From assembly GCA_043812455.1 (NCBI GenBank), contig JBDRMB010000029.1, positions 8,303 to 72,302 on the forward strand: DNA of 64,000 bases, in the 5' to 3' direction. The position numbers and the translations under genes are program-made. This document shows positions 16,776 through 27,946 of this stretch, in pieces; the first letter of the stretch is position 1, and each line of letters begins with the position of its first letter. The notes below the pieces were generated by a model that saw only the letters and a list, made by a program, of their open reading frames with translations, ran no database searches and was not told the origin of the DNA. The DNA comes from an archaeon. GTDB taxonomy: Archaea; Nanobdellota; Nanobdellia; Woesearchaeales; GW2011-AR9.

Positions 16776-18037
16776 CTTTCACTCATGAACCTCTCAATAC
16801 GCAAAAGTTGATTATACTTAGCAGTCCGCTCCCCTCTACAAGGTGCACCAGCTTTAATCTGACCGCAACCAATACCAACTGCAAGATCAGCAATAAAAGG
16901 GTCAGTAGTCTCGCCACTTCTGTGAGACACCATCACTTGCCATTTGTTATCGTAAGCCATCCGTACAGCATCAAGAGCTTCAGATAAAGTTCCAATCTGA
17001 TTAACTTTCATCAACAGACAATTGCAGCTGTCTTCTTTGATTGCAATTTCAATCCGATTAACGTTAGTTACAGTAAGATCGTCGCCAACAACTTGTACTT
17101 CTTTATCTGCAAAATCTTCGCTCAACCTTTTCCTAAGCTTAGCAAAACTTTTGAAATCTTCTTGCTGGAAGGGATCTTCGATTGAAACTATTGGATATTT
17201 TCCAACCAACTGCAAATAATAATCTATTAATTGGTCAGCACTTTTCTTCCTAGGCAGTTTGTAATAACCACCACGACCACGTTTAACAAAAAATTCCGAA
17301 GCTGCTGCGTCCATGGCAATATCAACATAACCGGTATGACCTGCCTTAGCAATAGCAGTCTTTAACAATTCCAATGCTTCTTCAGCTTTCTTAACCGGTG
17401 GAACAAATCCGCCTTCATCACCAACATTGGCAGCATTCTTACCGTACTTCTTTTCAATAACTTTTTTCAAATGATGATATATCTCAGAACCCATCCGTAA
17501 AGCTTCACTAAACTTATCTGCTCGCGGTGAAATCATAAATTCTTGAAATCTAAGAAAACCTTCGGCATGTTTTCCACCATTGATTACGTTAAAGAATGGT
17601 CTTGGCATTAACAGTTCATTATCTCTTGACAAAAGATTGTTAATATATTCTGGCAAAGTTAAGTTATAATAATCAGCACCTGCACGTGCACATGCTAAAC
17701 TAATACCCAAAGTTGCGTTTGCACCTAATTTTGATTTATTGGTTGTTCCATCCAACTTGATCATGAAATCATCAATTTCACGCTGTCTGAATACTTCAAC
17801 TCCAATAAGTTTTGGAGCAATTTTCTTTTCAACATTTTTTACGGCATTCAATACACCTTTACCAAGATACCTGCTTCCACCGTCACGCAATTCCAGATCT
17901 TCATGTACACCAGTTGAAGCTCCGCTAGGTACTGCTGCAGAAAACTTACCATCAGTTGTGATAACATCCACTTCAATAGTAGGATTGCCTCTACTATCAA
18001 GAATTTCCATTGCTTTAATTTCTTTTATTATCGCCAT
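16772..18037 (-). CDS. eno: enolase (phosphopyruvate hydratase)
   Basis: 421 aa. The signature is SHRSGETTD, and the enolase N-terminus is [23 protein letters not shown]. Confidence 0.9.
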   Translation of the reverse strand: MAIIKEIKAMEILDSRGNPTIEVDVITTDGKFSAAVPSGASTGVHEDLELRDGGSRYLGKGVLNAVKNVEKKIAPKLIGVEVFRQREIDDFMIKLDGTTNKSKLGANATLGISLACARAGADYYNLTLPEYINNLLSRDNELLMPRPFFNVINGGKHAEGFLRFQEFMISPRADKFSEALRMGSEIYHHLKKVIEKKYGKNAANVGDEGGFVPPVKKAEEALELLKTAIAKAGHTGYVDIAMDAAASEFFVKRGRGGYYKLPRKKSADQLIDYYLQLVGKYPIVSIEDPFQQEDFKSFAKLRKRLSEDFADKEVQVVGDDLTVTNVNRIEIAIKEDSCNCLLMKVNQIGTLSEALDAVRMAYDNKWQVMVSHRSGETTDPFIADLAVGIGCGQIKAGAPCRGERTAKYNQLLRIERFMSER

Positions 18038-18078
18038 TTAACTACCTACTTACCACCCAAATTAACAAAATTTTATTT

Positions 18079-18651
18079 TTAATATGAAACAACGATCACA
18101 TCAAATGTTTTTGAATAAACTACTTCTTTCTCTAACATAGGATTTTCTATCACTAAATCTAAAGTATAAGTTCCAGGATAATCTTCATTGGAAAGAATGA
18201 AATAATCTGAATAGTAAACTGTTTCTTCATCTTTGTTACTAGTAGTTTCATAATAATAATTGTTTTCTTCTTCAACTTCTAACAATACTTTTCCGGAAGG
18301 ACTAATTAACCGATAATTTTCCACTAAGATGATATCCCCATAATAAGGTGTGGTTAAAACTTCAAAAAAGAAATGAACTTCATCACCTGGAAGAAAATTT
18401 AAAGCAGCAGTATTACACCCAGTAGCACTGCTATATTCATCACAAAACTTGAAATTTTGGATCACAACATTGCCACCACGACCAAAAGGCATGAATTCTG
18501 TATTGAGCATACTTGCACCAGTGTTAGAAGTTTGAGTTTCTTCTACGTTCAATAATCCTAACTTAACTAGTCCAAACACTGCTGCACTAGTTAACACCAC
18601 TGTAACTAAGACTACCAATGCTTCTTTTGCAATTGTTGCTTTTTTGTTCAT
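18079..18651 (-). CDS. membrane-anchored protein with the family beta-sandwich-like module (start trimmed to Met at 18651)
   Basis: From MNKKATIAKEALVVLVTVVLTSAAVFGL (TM), then FKFCDEYSSATGCN...GDEVHFFFEV...NYRLISPSGKVL...PGTYTLDLVIEN. The trimmed start lies 7 nt after the stop of the giant upstream gene. Confidence 0.5.
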   Translation of the reverse strand: MNKKATIAKEALVVLVTVVLTSAAVFGLVKLGLLNVEETQTSNTGASMLNTEFMPFGRGGNVVIQNFKFCDEYSSATGCNTAALNFLPGDEVHFFFEVLTTPYYGDIILVENYRLISPSGKVLLEVEEENNYYYETTSNKDEETVYYSDYFILSNEDYPGTYTLDLVIENPMLEKEVVYSKTFDVIVVSY

Positions 18652-18658
18652 TTTTAAT

Positions 18659-21600
18659 TTAATCACAACCATATCCGGAACTGTCATAATCATCAAGATT
18701 AATTTTGTCAGGCAATTCTTTTCCAACTTCACACATATACTTCCTGATCTTCTGGAACTCGGCAGTGTTAATGTCATCTTCATCAAAATCAAGTAAGGCA
18801 TAACCGTTAGCGTCCATCCGTAAAAAGAAGCGGTCAAATAACGGTTTGTAATCTCCTGATTTCCAATTACTGCCCAACTGAGCAATGACTGCTGCCATAT
18901 AATAATAAATTCCTATTGCTTCATCCAAATATCCTCGTAGTTCATCCATTTTCACAATGGCAAGCTGCATAACATCTTCATATCTTTGATTCTCAAAATA
19001 AGTATAAATCTCGCTAGTAGCTTCTTGAACTTCATGCTCTCTCTGAACCGTGATACTCTCAGGATGGCTAGATTTTCCTAAAGCAACAGTAGGCACTCTG
19101 TCTTTAGCACCGTAACATGAACCTAAACTGTTAGGTTCAAGTAAATCTGCAGTTACAGTCACTGTTCTTACATTGGAACTTGTACTTGACCTGCCTTGCT
19201 GGGTATTATACACACACGCTCCAGTACCAGTGGCACTGCCCAACACTCCACTTACTTGCATGTTGCCTACTGTAAATACAATATTATTAATCTCATCAAT
19301 GCCAAACTCATCATCACCGTTAGAGTTTACCAACTTACCACCTGTTAACTGGTATTGACTTCCAGCAACACTAATTCCTGCAGCAGAATTTACATTATCT
19401 AACACATAATCATTTCCACTCTTAGAAAAACCAAACGTGACTTCTTGACCTGGAGCAACTGTCCCGGAAGTATAAGAAGCGTCAATACTTCTTGGACAGC
19501 CACTATTACTTTTACTGCTAATCCTGTCCAGACCAGCATTTGAACCGCCAAACATTTCTTCATTAACAGTACCTAGACTAAACACCGGACCCATAAACCC
19601 GGCAGCACCAGCTGGTATTTCATAACTTCTTTCTCTGTTAGCTTCATCAATACCAGCAGAACTGGTCTTTAACCTTAAACAATAATTTTCTCCGTCAGTG
19701 TTCATGTGAACCTTAACTTTAATTTCATCGCCCATCAATAACATGTTAGGAGTATCACAGTCAACATAAGTACCAGCATTTTTATCATAACAAGTGATGT
19801 ACGGATCTTGCAGATAAGCCAGACCTTCACCATAGAACAGACCTGCCAGTTCTGGACAGGAATATTGTCCAGTAGAAGCTTCAACTTGACAACTTACTAC
19901 ACCAGGGGGTGAAGCGTCAGTGATCGGGAAATAAAACAAACCATCTTTATATCCCTCATCAAAACAGGCATCTGGATTCTCGTAAGGATCTAACTGTAGA
20001 TGAACAACTACATGATCGTACCTGAAATGTTTGTCAACCTTTTGCGGGGATTCAATTGGCAATTCTACCACACTACCCTGTTCTAAGTTAGAACCACGAC
20101 CACCATCAAGATAATGTATTCGTTCGCTAGCTAATGGTGAAGTACTACCAACGTTAAGACAATCACAACCTTGACTGCCACAATCAACTCCTGGATGACC
20201 CATATCTTCCGGTCCGACACATTTCAAATAAGTTTGGTATGAGGCAATTTTACAACCTGGGAAGATTACCGTTCCAACTTCATAATTGAACTGCGCAGTT
20301 AAAGTTTGAGGATTATAATTAGTTAGTTCTCTGAACGCTGGGAACACTAATACACTAGATTTCATTGGAACTGAATAAGCTACATCTTCAATAAAGTCAA
20401 AGCCCATTGGCCAGTCAAAACCAAAGGCCGCCATACAGATTGATTCTGCTACACCTTGCACTCCGCTGGCAAAATATTCGTTAAGTGCAGAATTGCCATA
20501 ATCACTTTGCAAGTCATCAATAGAATATTGCATTGAATCATAGATTGATTCTGTTCCGGCACCAAAAAGTTCAGCAGCTGTAGTTTGATTACCTTTGTTT
20601 GCATCTTTCAAACTTAATGGACTACACTTGCCACTGAAAGAAGCAATAAGTTTGTAAATCAAACCGCAAACGTGTTGCGAGAATAAAGTTTTACACATTC
20701 CAGCGTCATGGAATCCAGTATATTTCGCTTCTTCAATACATCTTCTTAATCCGTCTAAGATGCTACGTAACATTACTAACCGTGCTCTTATTCCAGTTAA
20801 ACATACTGTCTGGAATGCACTAATATGTTGAGTGTGCGGGTTAACTTGAGTTTTCTTTTTCAATTCGCTAGGTACTGCATAATCTGGAAGATAATCTAAC
20901 CCGAATGCACCAGATAGGTCTCTGCCGTCATAATATCTTAATTCAGAATAATGTGTTCCTTTGAAACCTTTACTTTCAGTGTATAATCGATCTTGTCGGT
21001 AACTGAACTTCTCTGCAACACCATCTTCCTTTAATGCTTCTCTATATCCAGTAGTTGTAATTTTCTTTTCGGAACCTTCACAGACACATTGGTACTTTTC
21101 CCCATCACTGCCTACAAAACAATCTTTAGTATGACCGCCAGAGATCATATTACCTTCCATTTTTCTTGAAGGACCAACTAATTGGTCGTCTTCTCCTACT
21201 CTATAACAAGAACCTCCTGTTGTACTAGAGATAATTTCAGATGGTGCCTCACTAGGGTCAACAACAATATCTGCGTCAGCGCTAGCAGCCTGCCCAGTAA
21301 TTGCTTCATCTGTAGAAGCAGTAGCAGTACTTACAATTCCACTAACCGAACCATCTTTAATTGTATACCCATCAGTCACTGCTTTATAACCAGAATTCTT
21401 TGCACAAACTGCTTTACAGGTAGTGTCAGGAGCACCACAATAACCACCGTTAGCTTCTTTGTAAACTAATATTGTTTGGGATTCAAAACCGGTTGACAGA
21501 CCATTACCACTCACTATCTTTTCTAACCGATAAATTCCGTTTTCTTCACTGACAAAATTATCAGGGTTCTTACCATTAAAATAATATAAAGAACCACTAA

Positions 21601-24139
21601 TGGTACCACCAGTACTACTTATCACATTTTCATTATCAAACCGTTCCCAACATTCTCCTGAAGCAGGTATCGCTGTAGTGTCAACTCGATGAATACTAGG
21701 CAAGGTATTTTTCACATACTGCCCGCAATTCTCAATTTTTCGTAACGGGATACAACCAGAAGTTACTGCACAACCTTTCTGAGTGGCAATCGCAGCTTCA
21801 ATCTCTTCTTCTGTTTTTTCTGAAGTCCATCCAGCAGGTACTGCTCGGCATAAGAACCGATCACATGTCCAACGATATGCTTGGTCCAATGCTTCTTCCG
21901 CTTTCCAGAGATTTGCAGTGTTTTCACATTTATCTTCTAAATTGTGTTTACCATCATTATAATCAGAAGGTAAATTGTTAGCGCCAGGATTTCCTGCTGC
22001 TAACTCATCCCACTTTTCCCTAGTCGTATCAAGATACAAATCACTTTGATCCAACGGACATCTTTCATCTTCAGGCTTATTTCTAGATGTAAGATATTCT
22101 GCTTTAGAACTGAATATCCTTGCGAACCTAATCACGGTCTTAACACCGACAGAAACGAAACAAGTAACACCAGTAACTAGAATAACTTTTTCCAGCACCG
22201 GTAAGATCTTGTCAATAACTGTTATCGTACCGTTAAGAACTTTGATTCCTTCATTGGCCATCCAGTCAGGAATAAGTTTCTCGCTGTCTACTGGAATGTC
22301 AACAAAATATCCTAAATCATAACAACTTGTTTGAGTTTTAGATTCTCCTAAGTTGCCTAAAGAATCATACTCTTGATAATTAACCATAACCTTTAACGGA
22401 AATACTACCTGCCGTTTCTTAAAATCGTTCCAGAAATCATCGTCAACATAACTTAAACCTTCTGTGGTTAACAAGTCCCATGTTAAGTAATATGCTGTCT
22501 TGTCGGGACTGTCTAAAACTTTTGGTCCGGAACTAGGTAAGATTGCACAACCCACACCAAACTGTTCATCATCCATCATTGACTGTGTACAAGCTTTCTC
22601 AAACCGGACACTGTTAACCTGGAAAGCGTCCCTATTTTCTTCACCGGTGACTATATCGCGTTCAGCAATTCCACTGCCAACATAACTTAAATTGAATACT
22701 GCAGTTGCAACTTCTCGGCCATCTTCAATCAAATCAGGGTTTAATCTCATTGGTTGCTGGAACTTAGCAATGCTAGTAATCTGAAAATCAAAATTTGACG
22801 AGTAACAGGTATGGACAGTAACCACATCATGCCAATAACCGCTTTTTCCACTTTTGTCAACAGAGATAAGATAAACGTTATAGGTCCATTCTTGTGCTTG
22901 ACTTACAGATTCGATTGGATAAATTGAAACACCTTCTAAGCCTGAAGGTACCAGTTCAAACTCAAAATCTTCAAAACTTAACGGTTCAGTTTCAAAGTTA
23001 ACTTTTTCAAACGTAAAATTTCCGTCCTCACCAGCTTCTACTGCAAACCACGGTCCCCTAAAGTCAGGTTCGTATTGATAACTTAACGGTCGGTAAATGA
23101 ATAGATATACTGTGGAACCTGGTTCTGTAGTTCCATGAAGATTAGTTGTTGCTCTGTTTTGATAATATTCATTCCCTTTTTCAAATTCTGCTTCAACGTC
23201 TGGCGGTTGAGTGTCAGCATCAATCTCAATCTTTTCTCTTGCCACCCAACCTGCTCGGTCAGTCGCTTCAATAGTAATTTTATTAATGCCTTCATCAAGA
23301 TGTAATTCTTCACTAAAACTAGTTCCTTCAGTATTGTAAATTGAATTTCCATTTACAAATATTTCAATACTACATTCTTCATTGACTGCTCCTTTCAATG
23401 TAACATGATCTTCAAGTGCAATTTCGCTATAAGTCTCAAGAGCAATTTCTGGATGAGTATTATCAGAATAAACTACTCCTGAATATGTTTGGACCTGACC
23501 GTCAGTTGTGGTGGCTTCTAAGTCTAGAACATTACTTTCGTCAGCATTCAAAGGTACATTCTGGAACTGAAAAGTTCCATCCGAAGCAGCAGTTTTCTTG
23601 GCATGATATCCGCCATTAACATAAACTCTAACTTCAGCGTTTGCCAGAGTACTTCCATTAATGTCAAAATATTCTCCAGCAACAATTTCTGGATGTTCCA
23701 CGCTCAAACTTAACGAACTGCTGCCAGTAGTTACAGTTTCTCCAGAACTTTCTCCACTAGCTTCAGTCGTTCCCAAAGTCTGGAAATTATAATTATTGCC
23801 AGAATTGTTCTCTGCCACGCCGTTGCTCATAACATAATAATAATAGTCTGTTCCTGGCATCAATCCGTCAATTGCAAGACTATGATCAGTAACAGCACTT
23901 GTATCACTCTCTACTCTTGTTAAACTGAACTCATTATCCCCATAATAAATAAAACTGTCTGCTTCTTCATCAGTGTTCCATTCAATAATTATTCCAGTTT
24001 CAGTAAGGTCCTTTTCAGTAATTCCAGAAATTTGTATTGCACTGACTAATGGTAGATTAACAACTAGAATCACTACTAAGATTGTCCAAAGTTTCCAATG
24101 CATACCAAACTTTTTATTTTCTACCATTTCATAAATCAA
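18659..24139 (-). CDS. giant secreted cell-surface protein (1826 aa), N-terminal FN3-like domain, Ig-like repeats, Cys-rich central and C-terminal region
   Basis: The signal peptide is WKLWTILVVILVVNLPLVSA. An FN3-like (purple-acid-phosphatase N-terminal type) segment is ISGITEKDLTETGIIIEWNTDEEADSFIYYGDNEFSL...PGTDYYYYV. The rest has many Cys pairs and Thr/Ser/Gly/Asn-rich segments. No catalytic motif recognised. Confidence 0.6.
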   Translation of the reverse strand: MIYEMVENKKFGMHWKLWTILVVILVVNLPLVSAIQISGITEKDLTETGIIIEWNTDEEADSFIYYGDNEFSLTRVESDTSAVTDHSLAIDGLMPGTDYYYYVMSNGVAENNSGNNYNFQTLGTTEASGESSGETVTTGSSSLSLSVEHPEIVAGEYFDINGSTLANAEVRVYVNGGYHAKKTAASDGTFQFQNVPLNADESNVLDLEATTTDGQVQTYSGVVYSDNTHPEIALETYSEIALEDHVTLKGAVNEECSIEIFVNGNSIYNTEGTSFSEELHLDEGINKITIEATDRAGWVAREKIEIDADTQPPDVEAEFEKGNEYYQNRATTNLHGTTEPGSTVYLFIYRPLSYQYEPDFRGPWFAVEAGEDGNFTFEKVNFETEPLSFEDFEFELVPSGLEGVSIYPIESVSQAQEWTYNVYLISVDKSGKSGYWHDVVTVHTCYSSNFDFQITSIAKFQQPMRLNPDLIEDGREVATAVFNLSYVGSGIAERDIVTGEENRDAFQVNSVRFEKACTQSMMDDEQFGVGCAILPSSGPKVLDSPDKTAYYLTWDLLTTEGLSYVDDDFWNDFKKRQVVFPLKVMVNYQEYDSLGNLGESKTQTSCYDLGYFVDIPVDSEKLIPDWMANEGIKVLNGTITVIDKILPVLEKVILVTGVTCFVSVGVKTVIRFARIFSSKAEYLTSRNKPEDERCPLDQSDLYLDTTREKWDELAAGNPGANNLPSDYNDGKHNLEDKCENTANLWKAEEALDQAYRWTCDRFLCRAVPAGWTSEKTEEEIEAAIATQKGCAVTSGCIPLRKIENCGQYVKNTLPSIHRVDTTAIPASGECWERFDNENVISSTGGTISGSLYYFNGKNPDNFVSEENGIYRLEKIVSGNGLSTGFESQTILVYKEANGGYCGAPDTTCKAVCAKNSGYKAVTDGYTIKDGSVSGIVSTATASTDEAITGQAASADADIVVDPSEAPSEIISSTTGGSCYRVGEDDQLVGPSRKMEGNMISGGHTKDCFVGSDGEKYQCVCEGSEKKITTTGYREALKEDGVAEKFSYRQDRLYTESKGFKGTHYSELRYYDGRDLSGAFGLDYLPDYAVPSELKKKTQVNPHTQHISAFQTVCLTGIRARLVMLRSILDGLRRCIEEAKYTGFHDAGMCKTLFSQHVCGLIYKLIASFSGKCSPLSLKDANKGNQTTAAELFGAGTESIYDSMQYSIDDLQSDYGNSALNEYFASGVQGVAESICMAAFGFDWPMGFDFIEDVAYSVPMKSSVLVFPAFRELTNYNPQTLTAQFNYEVGTVIFPGCKIASYQTYLKCVGPEDMGHPGVDCGSQGCDCLNVGSTSPLASERIHYLDGGRGSNLEQGSVVELPIESPQKVDKHFRYDHVVVHLQLDPYENPDACFDEGYKDGLFYFPITDASPPGVVSCQVEASTGQYSCPELAGLFYGEGLAYLQDPYITCYDKNAGTYVDCDTPNMLLMGDEIKVKVHMNTDGENYCLRLKTSSAGIDEANRERSYEIPAGAAGFMGPVFSLGTVNEEMFGGSNAGLDRISSKSNSGCPRSIDASYTSGTVAPGQEVTFGFSKSGNDYVLDNVNSAAGISVAGSQYQLTGGKLVNSNGDDEFGIDEINNIVFTVGNMQVSGVLGSATGTGACVYNTQQGRSSTSSNVRTVTVTADLLEPNSLGSCYGAKDRVPTVALGKSSHPESITVQREHEVQEATSEIYTYFENQRYEDVMQLAIVKMDELRGYLDEAIGIYYYMAAVIAQLGSNWKSGDYKPLFDRFFLRMDANGYALLDFDEDDINTAEFQKIRKYMCEVGKELPDKINLDDYDSSGYGCD

Positions 24140-26328
24140 ATCAGTTCTGGCACAGGCAATTCCTGGCTGTAATCATCCATGTTCGATAGGAACTCATAAT
24201 AGTAATCTTCATTGCTCGGACTAACTTCAAGAACATGGAACTGAATCATACTTCCTTCCTGCAAACTGGTCCAAGGTAATAACCACTGACCGCGGTAACC
24301 GCCGATCAAATCTTCTTCATTAACAAGATAAATCAAAACATCATATTCAAAATCTGCACCAGACAATAACTGCACTTTAGTTTCTTCTAAGATTTCAGTA
24401 TCTAACGTTGGTGAATAAACTAGCTCTACTTTATGTAATTCAGCACCACCTTGCAAGAACTCTCCTAGTTCTAATACATCAGAACTGGCACCGCCAGTTT
24501 CAAGATCCGTACCAGTTTCATTTCCAATAGTCTCATTTGTAGCTGTTTCAACTGGGGCTACTGGTGCACTTCCCGGGAAATATTTTATAGTTACTAAAGC
24601 AGTTTCATCATCATCTAATGCCTTACCATCTGATATGTCAAAACATAACACATCTTCACCTTGCATTTCAATTTCTTCATCAGTACAATCTCTTTCTTCA
24701 ACTTGATGCTTAACAACTTCAACATCCGCCATACTAAATTCAACTAGTGGTCTCATCTCAAGTTCCACAACTAAGTCGTCACTTGAAACTACATATTGCC
24801 AAGTTTCAAGATAACTTTCTTTATTACCGCGCATGATTGCTGCTGCACAGTATGGGAATTGATCACTAAGTCCAGCAACATCGCCTCGCTCTTCAAAGTC
24901 ATATTCAGTTTGACCCATTTCACACTTATAACGGATACAAGTATAACTTATGTTAACACCATCTAAAGGTTCTCTATAATACACACCTGTTGCTTCATTA
25001 GAAACTAAAGAATAAGTTTCTATACTCATCGGAACATAACTTGGACTGTTATAACAATAATCTTCATCAGTCACACTTGGAATATTTTGCGATTCTCTAG
25101 CAATTGCCGGACCTTTGTAAGGATAATTTCCAATCAGGTTTACAGTAAATGCCATCTGAAAAACTCCACCACTTTGTTCATCACGCAATTCAATAATTAC
25201 TGGGTAAATTACATCGTAAGTAAACTTCCAATTCTGGATACATAAGAAAGATAACATTGTTCCTCCGCCTAGACGATCACTGGTCATATAATTTCCTTCT
25301 CGAGGAGTTACCTGGAAAGTAAACGGATAAGTATTTTCAAATTTAAAAACTCCAGAAATGTCTTCATCATAATGTTCAATATCCCACACATAATGGTTTT
25401 GATAATAAGGTAAGTCATCAGGGAAATCTTGATAATCTGTCCCGTCAATCTTAAGGTTACGCAAATTTATCCGTAACATATCTTTTAAAGTATTTTCAGC
25501 AGTATCTACTCTCCACTTCTTTTCGTTACAGCTTATTTCCATTCCAGCAACTGGTACATCTTCATGCTCTAACGCGATCAAATCCTGAGTAATATCTTCT
25601 AATTTTAAAGTATCCATTTCAGAGTCAAGAACTGCGTCAGCCATTTCATATAAACTTTTGAACCTGATCCGAGATTCAGCAGTATGATCAATCAGTTCTG
25701 CTACCAATTCCCCTTCTTTATCTTTAACCAATAAGTTCCAATGAACATTAAACTGAGTTTTCCCACTAAGAAATTCAGTATCTGCTTCAATGTCGCTAAT
25801 TTCTACAATGTCATAAGTTTCCTGGAAAACTTCTGGATCGAACAAACAAGAAGGAACATTTTCTTCTATATAATCATCAACTTGAATTTTAATCTCATCT
25901 AAACTTGGCTGATCAATCTCAGCACCATTTGCCCATAACGGAACATACATAAACGGTGAAAGTTGGATACTCCAAGTGATATCATCAGTATAACGTTCTG
26001 GAACTTTAACATAACCGCCTTGTTTTCCAGCCAAAAGTAACGCTTCTTCCCCAACATTAGTTATACAATCAGTAACATAAGTTTCGACTGCCCCTTTCTG
26101 GATTAAAATTAAATCCTGACCAGGAAGTTTGATAAGTTCTTGCTGTAAAAGAATGATTAAAGCTACTGCAATTAACAAAATTATTCCTAAAATTATGTAA
26201 ACTGTAACCTGAGCTTTTCTATTTGATCTGTTGAGTATGTTGAGCGCATTTTTTCTTGCGTTGAGCCTTGAAAATAGGTTAGAACTAGCACTACTTTTAC
26301 CTCTATCACCACTCTTACTAAACATCAC
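24136..26328 (-). CDS. type II membrane-anchored protein with large extracellular domain (730 aa); first gene of the surface operon
   Basis: A basic cytoplasmic N-terminus is followed by a TM (VYIILGIILLIAVALIILL) and an acidic roughly 650-aa extracellular region. ATGA overlaps the giant gene. Confidence 0.5.
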   Translation of the reverse strand: MMFSKSGDRGKSSASSNLFSRLNARKNALNILNRSNRKAQVTVYIILGIILLIAVALIILLQQELIKLPGQDLILIQKGAVETYVTDCITNVGEEALLLAGKQGGYVKVPERYTDDITWSIQLSPFMYVPLWANGAEIDQPSLDEIKIQVDDYIEENVPSCLFDPEVFQETYDIVEISDIEADTEFLSGKTQFNVHWNLLVKDKEGELVAELIDHTAESRIRFKSLYEMADAVLDSEMDTLKLEDITQDLIALEHEDVPVAGMEISCNEKKWRVDTAENTLKDMLRINLRNLKIDGTDYQDFPDDLPYYQNHYVWDIEHYDEDISGVFKFENTYPFTFQVTPREGNYMTSDRLGGGTMLSFLCIQNWKFTYDVIYPVIIELRDEQSGGVFQMAFTVNLIGNYPYKGPAIARESQNIPSVTDEDYCYNSPSYVPMSIETYSLVSNEATGVYYREPLDGVNISYTCIRYKCEMGQTEYDFEERGDVAGLSDQFPYCAAAIMRGNKESYLETWQYVVSSDDLVVELEMRPLVEFSMADVEVVKHQVEERDCTDEEIEMQGEDVLCFDISDGKALDDDETALVTIKYFPGSAPVAPVETATNETIGNETGTDLETGGASSDVLELGEFLQGGAELHKVELVYSPTLDTEILEETKVQLLSGADFEYDVLIYLVNEEDLIGGYRGQWLLPWTSLQEGSMIQFHVLEVSPSNEDYYYEFLSNMDDYSQELPVPELI

Positions 26329-26484
26329 TTAAAGGATAACTTTTCCGTTTATAAAGCTTCTGTTTTATATAATATAAAATAAAGGAGAGAAAACACCTAA
26401 TGAAGCATTAAATAAAGGACTAAAATTAATAATTAAAATATTAAAACTATATCAAAATGAAAAAATTAAAATTGCACTTAACAA

Positions 26485-27837
26485 TTACTTAATTTTCCTA
26501 ACCTTAAATCCTTCCTTTTGATCATCAACAGAATAACCTTTCTTGGTCAGTTCATCCCTTAATTTGTCTGAAGTTGCCCAATCTTTAGTTTGCCTAGCTT
26601 TTTCCCGTTCTTTTGCAAGTTTCAGAATTTCAGCAGGAATCTTTTCTTCCTTAACATTTTCAAGACCCAATCCAAACACTTGGTCAAAATAATACAATAA
26701 ACATAACTTCTCGTTATCCTTAACAGTACTGTCTTTAAGCAAGTCCCACATTGTTGCTAAAGCTTGTGGAGTATTCAAATCATCACTAACTTGTTCCAAA
26801 AACAGGTCTTGATATCTTCTAGCTACACCTGAAAATTTTTCAGGATTAAGTTTTCCCTTACCAATTTTAACTTCTTCCTTCAAATCTAAAACTCGCTCAA
26901 CCAACTTTTCTCGAGCAGTTTTAGCGGACTCTAAAGCTTCATAGTCAAACATTAACGGCTTTCGGTAAACTGTTCCTAAGCAGAAATATCTATAATCAAG
27001 TGCAACAAAACCTTTTTCTTTCAAAGTAGATAAAGTGACAAAATTATCACCAGACTTGGCCATCTTTTCTCCTTTCTTCAAAACGAGAAATTCATTATGT
27101 AACCAATATTTAACCCACGGTTTTTTACCAGTTGCAGCTTCTGACTGTGCAATTTCATTTGTATGATGTACAGGAATATGATCAATGCCACCACAATGAA
27201 TGTCAAATTGTTCGCCTAGATATTTCATGCTCATTGCTGAACATTCCAAATGCCAGCCAGGATAACCCATCCCAAACGGAGAATCCCACTTCATTTCTTG
27301 TTCATCAAACTTAGATTTGGTAAACCATAACACAAAATCATAGGGATTTTTCTTGTTTATGTCTTTTTCAACCCTTGCTCTTGCCTTTTCTCCATCTTCT
27401 TCCAGATTCAATCGTGCAAGTTTTCCATAATCTTTCAGTTTAGAAGTATCAAAATAAACATTTCCGCCCGCTTGATAAATGAAACCTTTTTTCTCTAATT
27501 TTTTTATCAGTTCAATCTGTTCCTTGATATGTTCAGTGGCTTTGGGAAATACTTTTGGAAATAAAAGATTCAGTTCCTTAATGTCATTCTTGAAAGCTTT
27601 AGTGTAAAAATCTGCAACTTCCCAAACAGTCTTTTTTTCACGTTCAGCACCTTTCAATAATTTATCTTCTCCAGTGTCAGCATCAGAAGTAAGATGTCCA
27701 ACGTCAGTGATGTTCATGATATGTTCAACTTTAAAACTATTCAACTCCAGAACTCTTCTCAAAACATCTTCAAAGATATAACTACGCAAATTTCCGATAT
27801 GTGCATAATTGTAAACAGCATGCCCAAAATTTCTTAT
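26485..27837 (-). CDS. cysS: cysteine--tRNA ligase, main reading frame (HIGH motif through C-terminus)
   Basis: The HIGH motif is [13 protein letters not shown] and the KMSKS-like motif is KMAKSGDN. It is class I CysRS-like throughout ([19 protein letters not shown]). The frame is closed upstream by TAA at 27840-27838. Confidence 0.8.
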   Translation of the reverse strand: MRNFGHAVYNYAHIGNLRSYIFEDVLRRVLELNSFKVEHIMNITDVGHLTSDADTGEDKLLKGAEREKKTVWEVADFYTKAFKNDIKELNLLFPKVFPKATEHIKEQIELIKKLEKKGFIYQAGGNVYFDTSKLKDYGKLARLNLEEDGEKARARVEKDINKKNPYDFVLWFTKSKFDEQEMKWDSPFGMGYPGWHLECSAMSMKYLGEQFDIHCGGIDHIPVHHTNEIAQSEAATGKKPWVKYWLHNEFLVLKKGEKMAKSGDNFVTLSTLKEKGFVALDYRYFCLGTVYRKPLMFDYEALESAKTAREKLVERVLDLKEEVKIGKGKLNPEKFSGVARRYQDLFLEQVSDDLNTPQALATMWDLLKDSTVKDNEKLCLLYYFDQVFGLGLENVKEEKIPAEILKLAKEREKARQTKDWATSDKLRDELTKKGYSVDDQKEGFKVRKIK

Positions 27838-27944
27838 TTAGAAACTTTGTTTGGCCCGCAACAATATATGCCCACAGATTTGGAATTTATTGGTTCAAAT
27901 GTTTCTTTTTTCCTAGTTAAAGTATTATATACTTTTAATTTCAT
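27834..27944 (-). pseudogene. cysS: out-of-frame N-terminal fragment of cysS (36 codons, [31 protein letters not shown]...)
   Basis: ATG 27944 opens a frame matching the CysRS N-terminus up to CGP. It then runs NKVSK-stop. Deleting the 32 nt at 27817-27848 restores [13 protein letters not shown], which is collinear with CGPTVYDYxHxGH in other CysRS proteins. Confidence 0.55.
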
Positions 27945-27946
27945 CG

